From positions 15,676-79,675 of the forward strand of contig CALXQL010000008.1 of NCBI GenBank assembly GCA_944390685.1: 64,000 bases of DNA, written 5' to 3'. The number at the start of each line of letters is the position of its first letter. Position 1 is the stretch's first letter. Shown piece by piece: positions 58,316-64,000 of the stretch. The notes below the pieces were generated by a model, which saw only the letters and a program-made list of their open reading frames with translations, searched no databases and had not been told where the DNA came from. Source of the DNA: an uncultured Alphaproteobacteria bacterium. GTDB lineage: Bacteria > Pseudomonadota > Alphaproteobacteria > Rs-D84 > CACZYB01. The position numbers and the translations under genes were made by a program.

Positions 58316-58732
58316 TCATTTTTTGGTTTTTCCAAGTCCAGCTTGTTTTGCAAGAGTAGCCCTCTTTTTTGCATAATTTGGTGCAATCATAGGATAATCA
58401 CTTGGAAGAGCCCATTTTTCCTTATATTCTTTTTCACTCATGTTATATTTTGTTTTTAGATATCTTTTTAACATTTTTAATTTTTTGCCATCTTCTAAGC
58501 ATATAAGGTAATCGTTATGTATGGAATCCTTTATATCAATATAGGGGGTTAATGTATAGCTATCGGTTTTTTCATTTATTGAGATAAAATGGGAATAAAC
58601 TTTTTCTATTAAATCGGGTAGTTCCGTTTTATTAGGTTTATTTGTAGTTATATAGCTACTTACTATTTGTGCAGTGGCATTTATTATTGATATTTGTATA
58701 TTTTCGTTTATGTTTTTTTTATTTGATGTCAT
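58316..58732 (-). CDS. mucR: Ros/MucR family transcriptional regulator (zinc ligands largely substituted)
   Basis: Aligns residue for residue with Agrobacterium Ros: ours YLICLEDGKKLKMLKRYLKTKYNMSEKEYKEKWALPSDYPMIAPNYA against Ros [47 protein letters not shown]. Confidence 0.85.
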   Translation of the reverse strand: MTSNKKNINENIQISIINATAQIVSSYITTNKPNKTELPDLIEKVYSHFISINEKTDSYTLTPYIDIKDSIHNDYLICLEDGKKLKMLKRYLKTKYNMSEKEYKEKWALPSDYPMIAPNYAKKRATLAKQAGLGKTKK

Positions 58733-58821
58733 TTTTTACCTTTGGTTTCTTTTTTTCTTGTATTATATCAAATTTTAAGGTAAAAGTAAAAGGTAATTTT
58801 AGTAGTCAAATGAGGTTTATT

Positions 58822-60063
58822 ATGAGTCTTTTTTCATCTGGGTTTAATTTTAATATTGATATTTTGCCTACCCTTCCCTTGAAAGTATCTTTTTGGGGGG
58901 TAATAGCTTTATTTTTATTTGCATTTTTTCCTTCTTATATTGCCTATGCAAAGCAATCAATTCAAAGAAAGAGAATTTATATTTTTTCGTTAATTGATTT
59001 CATTGTTTTTTACTTTTGTATCTTTGTTAAAATAGAAGATTTTTATTTTGATAGGGCGGATATTACAATTTTTGCTAAGTTATTATATGTTTTATTAGTG
59101 TTAGGTAGTATAATTGATGCAGAAGATAAACAGGCAAATTTTTATAGAAAAAAATCTTTCTTTAAAAAATTTATTCAACATCCGTTGGAGTCTTTTTTTG
59201 CTCATGTTTTATTTTTTGTATTTAAAATTTTGCCCCCTTCTTTTTCTTCTTGGCTTGGGGGAAGAATTGCAAGATTTTTATCTTTTTTTCAAATAAAGTA
59301 TAATAAATTGATAGATGCGAATTTAAAAATTGCTTTCCCAAAAAAATCAATGGAAGAAAAAAGAAAAATTAAGGCTTCTATGTGGGATATGATGGGTAGA
59401 TATGTTTCAGAACCAGAGCATTTTGATACCATTTTTAGAAATTATAAAAAATATTTAACTTTTGAAAATGATGGCGTTTTAGATGAGTTAAAAGGTAAAC
59501 CTTTTGTTGCTTTTATTGCTCATTATGGTAGTGTCGGTTTGGTGTCCATACCTTTTGCTTTGCATAAGGTTCCTTGTTCCATTATTTATAAATATCCTAG
59601 TAATAATTTAACAAATAAATTGGTTATTAAGTCTTTTGGTAATGGTATTGGAGATTTGAAATTTATACCTGATACTTCAAATGGGACTAAAGATGCTATG
59701 AAAGTTTTAGCTTCTGGTGGTGCCATTATGGCTGTGCCAGATCAAAAATTCCAAACAGGTGTTGCCACAAAATTTTTTGGTAAGGCGGTGAAAAGTCCTA
59801 TTGGTGTTGCAAAATTGGCGGGGCATTTTAATTGTCCTATTTTACCTGTGCAACTTATTCGTGAAAAAGGAATTCATCATAAAATTGTCTTTGGAGAACC
59901 TTTTATGCCTTTTAAATCCAAAAATAAAGAAGATGATGCAATTAAAACTACACAAAAAATTAATGATATCATTGAATCTTGGATTAAGCAAAATCCTTCT
60001 CAATGGTTTTGGGTTCATGATAGGTGGAATATTAAAAATCTTTTGAAAAAGGAGAAAAAATAA
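58822..60063 (+). CDS. LpxL/HtrB-family lipid A acyltransferase with an extra N-terminal polytopic segment
   Basis: The C-terminal 290 aa or so match the lysophospholipid/lipid A acyltransferase family (..IAHYGSVG.., ..MAVPDQKF.., PSQWFWVHDRW). Start set at the ATG 6 nt after GAGG; the track ORF (58669) overlaps mucR. Confidence 0.75.
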   Translation: MSLFSSGFNFNIDILPTLPLKVSFWGVIALFLFAFFPSYIAYAKQSIQRKRIYIFSLIDFIVFYFCIFVKIEDFYFDRADITIFAKLLYVLLVLGSIIDAEDKQANFYRKKSFFKKFIQHPLESFFAHVLFFVFKILPPSFSSWLGGRIARFLSFFQIKYNKLIDANLKIAFPKKSMEEKRKIKASMWDMMGRYVSEPEHFDTIFRNYKKYLTFENDGVLDELKGKPFVAFIAHYGSVGLVSIPFALHKVPCSIIYKYPSNNLTNKLVIKSFGNGIGDLKFIPDTSNGTKDAMKVLASGGAIMAVPDQKFQTGVATKFFGKAVKSPIGVAKLAGHFNCPILPVQLIREKGIHHKIVFGEPFMPFKSKNKEDDAIKTTQKINDIIESWIKQNPSQWFWVHDRWNIKNLLKKEKK

Positions 60064-60914
60064 TGATGCAAAAGACTATTGCTGATAAAATTTCTTTTTG
60101 TGGTATAGGTCAACATAAAGGTTTAGAAAATTCTATCAATTTATATCCTGCAGATGTGAATACTGGTATTGTATTTGTTATAAAAGGACAGGAATTTCAT
60201 TATGATGTGAATAATGTTTTTGGTGCAGGTGGGTATACTTGTATAGGTGATAAAGATGGAATAAATCTTAAAACTATTGAACATTTAATGTCGGCTGTTG
60301 CAGGGCTTGGTATTGATAATTTGCTTTTGAAAACGGATAGTGAAGAAATGCCTATTTTAGATGGCTCTTCTCTTCCTTTTATCACTAAATTGAAGGAAGT
60401 GGGTATTGTGGAGCAAAATGCCAAAAAGAAATTTATCAAAATTTTGAAAAAAGTTGAGTTTCAAGATGAAAATGCTTTTGTTAGTATTGAACCAACTCAA
60501 AAAAATCTTTTAACTTTAGATGTTTCAATTGAATATAATGATATTCCTGTAATTGGTAATCAAAATTTCGTTGTGGATTTAAATGAAGAAAATTATTTGA
60601 ATTTTATCGCTCCGGCTAGAACTTATGCTAGAATGAAAGATGTGGAATATCTTCATTCAAAGGGGTTATGTTTAGGTGCTACACTTAATAGTGGTGTCGC
60701 AGTAGATGAAAATGGTGTCATCAATCCTGAAGGTTTAAGATTTGGTGATGAATTTGTTAAACATAAGATTTTAGATGCTGTTGGTGATTTATTCGTTTTT
60801 GGTCATAGTGTAATAGGGTATTATAAAAATATTAAAGGTGGCCATTTCCATAATAATCAATTGGTTAGAAAAGTTTTAGCAGATACATCTAATTTTGAAA
60901 TAATTGAGTTATAA
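60063..60914 (+). CDS. lpxC: UDP-3-O-acyl-N-acetylglucosamine deacetylase
   Basis: Motifs TIEHLMSA, HKILDAVGDL and GHFHNNQL. 283 aa. Confidence 0.9.
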   Translation: MMQKTIADKISFCGIGQHKGLENSINLYPADVNTGIVFVIKGQEFHYDVNNVFGAGGYTCIGDKDGINLKTIEHLMSAVAGLGIDNLLLKTDSEEMPILDGSSLPFITKLKEVGIVEQNAKKKFIKILKKVEFQDENAFVSIEPTQKNLLTLDVSIEYNDIPVIGNQNFVVDLNEENYLNFIAPARTYARMKDVEYLHSKGLCLGATLNSGVAVDENGVINPEGLRFGDEFVKHKILDAVGDLFVFGHSVIGYYKNIKGGHFHNNQLVRKVLADTSNFEIIEL

Positions 60915-60915
60915 T

Positions 60916-61392
60916 ATGATTATTATGGGAATAGATCCAGGATTACGTTTTAACGGATTTGGAATTATTGAATATAATTCTTTGCAATTTAAGCATATTG
61001 CAAATGGGACTTTTAAAACTAATGAAAAGTTATCTTTACCTGAAAGGCTTTCTCAAATATATCTTAATTTAACAGATATTATCAAAACTTATAAACCAGA
61101 AGAAGTTGCAGTGGAAGAGGTGTTCGTTAATGTCAATCCTTCTTCTACTTTAAAATTAGGGCAGGCAAGGGGGGTGGCTATTTTGACTCCTTCTTTATTA
61201 GGAATTAAAGTTTTTGAGTATTCCCCTAATTTAATTAAAAAGGCTGTGGTTGGTGTGGGGCATGCTTCAAAAGAGCAGATTCAAATGATGGTAAAGTTAT
61301 TGCTTTCCAATCCCGTTATTGATAGTGAGCATAGTGCAGATGCCTTGGCTATGGCTATTTGTCATGCTCATAATAGAAATAAAATCATCTAA
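60916..61392 (+). CDS. ruvC: Crossover junction endodeoxyribonuclease RuvC
   Basis: MIIMGIDPGL start, EEVFVN, and the SADALAMAICHA motif. The track ORF starts at 60904 and overlaps the lpxC stop. Confidence 0.9.
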   Translation: MIIMGIDPGLRFNGFGIIEYNSLQFKHIANGTFKTNEKLSLPERLSQIYLNLTDIIKTYKPEEVAVEEVFVNVNPSSTLKLGQARGVAILTPSLLGIKVFEYSPNLIKKAVVGVGHASKEQIQMMVKLLLSNPVIDSEHSADALAMAICHAHNRNKII

Positions 61393-61542
61393 TCTTTTAA
61401 AAAGTTTATTTTTAGGATTTTATGCTTGATTATTTTATTTTTTTGTTTCACAATATTTGTGTAAAAGCTTTTTGTATGGCTTGTCGTTATATTAAAGGCT
61501 TTTACACTTTTTTTGTGTTAAAAGGGGTTTTATACCCTTTTT

Positions 61543-62058
61543 TTATTTCCTTAAATAGATGTAAAAAGCTCCGTCATTTTTATTTTTATATGGAGCCAAT
61601 TCAACATATAGTATAAGTGGTTTTATTGAAGGGGTATTTATCCAATTTGGAAATTCTTTTCTTATAGTTCCTGTTTGTTTTTCGGGGTTACCCTTTCCTG
61701 TTATTAATAATAAAGTGCGATTTTTCATTTGATAATTTGTAATTATAAATTGTTCAAATTTATCATAGGCTTTTTGTAATGTATAACCATGTAAATCCAA
61801 TACTGAATCCGGCTTTTTTTTATTATTTTTGATTTGTTTTTCTATGGTTTTATCAATCCTTGAAGTATCAGAAATTTTTAAATCTTTTTCATAAAGTGGA
61901 AGAGGGTGACGTTTTTTCATTTCCAATATGTCAATGAAATTAACTTCTATATTTTTATCAATGTTTTTGTGAGTTAGTTTGGGTGTGTTAATATTACCCC
62001 GTTGTTTCCTTTTTAATGGGGATATGTTTTTTATTATTTCGTCCCATAAATTTGTCAT
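61543..62058 (-). CDS. Smr domain-containing protein
   Basis: C-terminal Smr domain (LDLHGYTLQKAY..LLLITGKGN). Confidence 0.8.
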   Translation of the reverse strand: MTNLWDEIIKNISPLKRKQRGNINTPKLTHKNIDKNIEVNFIDILEMKKRHPLPLYEKDLKISDTSRIDKTIEKQIKNNKKKPDSVLDLHGYTLQKAYDKFEQFIITNYQMKNRTLLLITGKGNPEKQTGTIRKEFPNWINTPSIKPLILYVELAPYKNKNDGAFYIYLRK

Positions 62059-62095
62059 AAGTTTATGTTAGTTAATTTTTTTTATTTTGCAAATG

Positions 62096-62118
62096 AAAAA
62101 TCCCCCTTTGAAGGGGGA
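62096..62118 (-). terminator. Intrinsic terminator after dnaN
   Basis: The minus strand carries the hairpin TCCCCCTT-CA-AAGGGGGA followed by T5. Confidence 0.7.
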
Positions 62119-62138
62119 ATAATTTCAATTTATTGTTA

Positions 62139-63257
62139 TTATATTCTCATAGGCATCAATACATATATTACAGATTCGTCATCTAATTCTGTAATGATTG
62201 CAGGTGATGAACTATCAGATATCATAAATTTCATAAATTTACCTTCTATTTGTGAAGCAATATCAAGAAGGTATTTTGAATTGAAACCTATTTCCATATT
62301 TTCATTGTCGTATACAACTTCTAAATCTTCAAATGCACTTCCAGAATCAGGTGTTGATGCAAGTAGAGTCAATTTTGATTTAGATAATTTCATCTTTATT
62401 GCCTTTGATTTTTCATAGGATACAGAAGAAACTCTGTCAACAGCTTCGGCAAAAAGTTTACAATCAACTTCCATTGCTTTATCGTTTGATGTTGGAATTA
62501 CCTTTTCATAATCAGGGAATTTCCCATCAATTAGTTTTGAAGTTAAAGTGGTGTTAGAAAATGAGAATTTTATTTTAACTTCATTTAATTCAATTTGTAT
62601 ATCAGATGATGTATCGTCCAATAATGCACGTAATTCTGTTACAACTTTTCTTGGTATTATTATTCCAGGCATGCCCTTTGCTCCTTCTGGACTGATTATA
62701 TCTTGTCTTGCAAGTCTATGTCCATCGGTTGCAACAGAACGAAGGTAATCTTTTCCATCTTTTTCAAATGTGTGTAAGAAGATTCCGTTTAAGAAATATC
62801 TTGTTTCTTCAGTTGATACAGCAAATTTTGTTTTATCAATCAATTTTATTAAATCATCACAAGCAAGTGTGAATTTAAAAGGCATTGATATGCTATTCAT
62901 TATTGGAAAATCATCAACTGGAAGTGATGGTAAAGTAAATTCAGAATTTCCAGCCTTTATTACAACTTTTGAATTATCAGTTGATGTTTTAAGTTCAATT
63001 TCACCTTCTGGTAATTTTCTTACAATGTCGTATAAAATGTGTGCTGGTATTGTTGTTGCACCTTTTTCCTTTATTGTTCCTTCGGTAATTTCAACTATAT
63101 CCAAATCAAGGTTTGCAGATGTGAATTTTAAATTATCCCCAGCATCAATTTTGATATTTGATAATACAGGGATAGTTGATTTCTTTTCAACAATTCTATA
63201 TAAATGGGATAGAGTTTTTGATAAATTTGATTTTTCTATTGTAATATACATTTTCAT
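62139..63257 (-). CDS. dnaN: DNA polymerase III beta sliding clamp
   Basis: 372 aa with three-domain clamp architecture and the typical C-terminus (..IYVLMPMRI). Confidence 0.95.
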   Translation of the reverse strand: MKMYITIEKSNLSKTLSHLYRIVEKKSTIPVLSNIKIDAGDNLKFTSANLDLDIVEITEGTIKEKGATTIPAHILYDIVRKLPEGEIELKTSTDNSKVVIKAGNSEFTLPSLPVDDFPIMNSISMPFKFTLACDDLIKLIDKTKFAVSTEETRYFLNGIFLHTFEKDGKDYLRSVATDGHRLARQDIISPEGAKGMPGIIIPRKVVTELRALLDDTSSDIQIELNEVKIKFSFSNTTLTSKLIDGKFPDYEKVIPTSNDKAMEVDCKLFAEAVDRVSSVSYEKSKAIKMKLSKSKLTLLASTPDSGSAFEDLEVVYDNENMEIGFNSKYLLDIASQIEGKFMKFMISDSSSPAIITELDDESVIYVLMPMRI

Positions 63258-63335
63258 CTCCTTTTATTATTTATGATTATTTTATTATATAATGAGTCAT
63301 AAAAGCAAGAAGTTTTTTATATATTTTTCTATATT

Positions 63336-63360
63336 AAAAAAGGCTCTTTTAAGAGCCTTT
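63336..63360 (-). terminator. Intrinsic terminator after tig
   Basis: 9-bp hairpin AAGGCTCTT-TT-AAGAGCCTT flanked by an A-run and a T-run. Confidence 0.7.
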
Positions 63361-63363
63361 GAT

Positions 63364-64000
63364 TTATTTTTTTACCTTTGTAAATTCGGTTGATGGAACT
63401 TCATGAGGTTTTGTTTTTACCTTTGATAATATTATATCCAAAACCTTATCTTCAAAGATTCCAGCACGAATAGCCTCAGTTGCGGATGGATTTTTTTGAT
63501 AGTATTCAAAAATTTGTCCGGCTTGTGTTGGGTATTTCATTGCTTCATTCATAATGGCTTGTTGTATATCGTTTTGTGAAATTTCAACTTTTTCTTTTTG
63601 TCCTACATCAGCCAAAATTAAACCTAATTTAACTCTATTTTCCGCTTGTTTTTTTAGTTCTTCTTTTTTCTTCTTTTCTGCTTTTTCATCAAGTTTTTCG
63701 GTTGTAGAGTGTTGGAATTGATGGAACATGAAATCTGTTTCTTGATTTACCAATGATTCTGGAAGTTCAATTTTTTCATTTGATAATTTATCAAGAAGTT
63801 CATCTTTCATCATATTTTTTGATGCTGTTTCATAATTTTGTTCCAATAGTTCCTTTATATATTGTTTTAGATCGGCTAAATCTTTTCTTTTTAATTCAAC
63901 AGCCAATGCATCATTGATTTCAGGAATCTTTTTTTCTTTTATATCCTTTATTTTTATTTTAAATACAACAGGTTTTCCAGCAAGAGCTTGGTGTCCGTAA
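63364..64000 (-). CDS. tig: Trigger factor, C-terminal part (ORF continues past the window end)
   Basis: The frame stays open upstream of the track ORF (63364..63906) to the window edge (..GKPVVFKIKIKDIKEKKIPEINDALAVELK..). The helical C-terminal domain is typical of trigger factor. Confidence 0.8.
   Translation of the reverse strand, partial: YGHQALAGKPVVFKIKIKDIKEKKIPEINDALAVELKRKDLADLKQYIKELLEQNYETASKNMMKDELLDKLSNEKIELPESLVNQETDFMFHQFQHSTTEKLDEKAEKKKKEELKKQAENRVKLGLILADVGQKEKVEISQNDIQQAIMNEAMKYPTQAGQIFEYYQKNPSATEAIRAGIFEDKVLDIILSKVKTKPHEVPSTEFTKVKK

Noticed and set aside
58669-58821. N-terminal 51 codons of the track ORF 58669..60063, which overlap mucR on the opposite strand
   Set aside because: This stretch overlaps the mucR start region and promoter space, has no RBS and gives an implausible Phe/Leu-rich translation. 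A GAGG RBS precedes the ATG at 58822, which I take as the real start.
61422-61616. 64-aa plus-strand ORF in the ruvC-smr gap
   Set aside because: It spans two terminator hairpins and runs antisense into smr. It has no RBS and its composition is Cys/Phe-rich and implausible.

Overview
Strongly AT-rich bacterial chromosome segment (G+C looks under about 30 percent by eye) with dense coding on both strands. Gene content points to an alphaproteobacterium, probably a host-associated Rickettsiales- or Holosporales-like lineage: CarD, RpoH, Ros/MucR, a Tim44-like gene next to secB, alpha-type AddB, Pal, a TIGR02300-like FYDLN_acid protein and a split virB3-virB4 module. Most of the window is housekeeping: LPS transport and lipid A (lptD, lptF/G, lpxC, lpxL-like), replication and repair (dnaB, dnaG, dnaN, gyrB, ruvC, nth, uvrD-like, addB), translation (metG, thrS, proS, infA, frr, gatC, der), envelope (pal, rlpA, lspA, uppP, uppS, cdsA, plsC, secB, secF) and partitioning (rsmG-parA-parB). 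I read four tRNA genes directly from the sequence: Glu-CUC, Gln-UUG, Gln-CUG and Ala-GGC. Two perfect 16-bp parS palindromes (TGTTTCACGTGAAACA) suggest the region is near the origin. I saw no transposase, integrase other than XerD, CRISPR array or prophage gene. The observations most worth a second look are: (1) a roughly 230-nt, GC-enriched, highly structured leader or ncRNA with mutually exclusive helices and an intrinsic terminator just upstream of a PAP2 phosphatase gene; (2) a mucR - virB3 - virB4 - DUF922-like secreted HExxH protein string, in which MucR has lost three of its four zinc ligands; (3) an array of AGTTATTMACA (DnaA-box-like) direct repeats in an unusually long convergent intergenic gap after parB; (4) an S41 (Ctp/Prc) peptidase homologue that appears to lack the catalytic serine; (5) a small islet (Nudix plus an orphan ORF) bracketed by two tRNA-Gln genes. 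CDS coordinates follow the supplied ORF track, with starts trimmed where RBS or homology evidence supports it. Coordinates of non-CDS features were read by hand and may be off by 1-2 nt.
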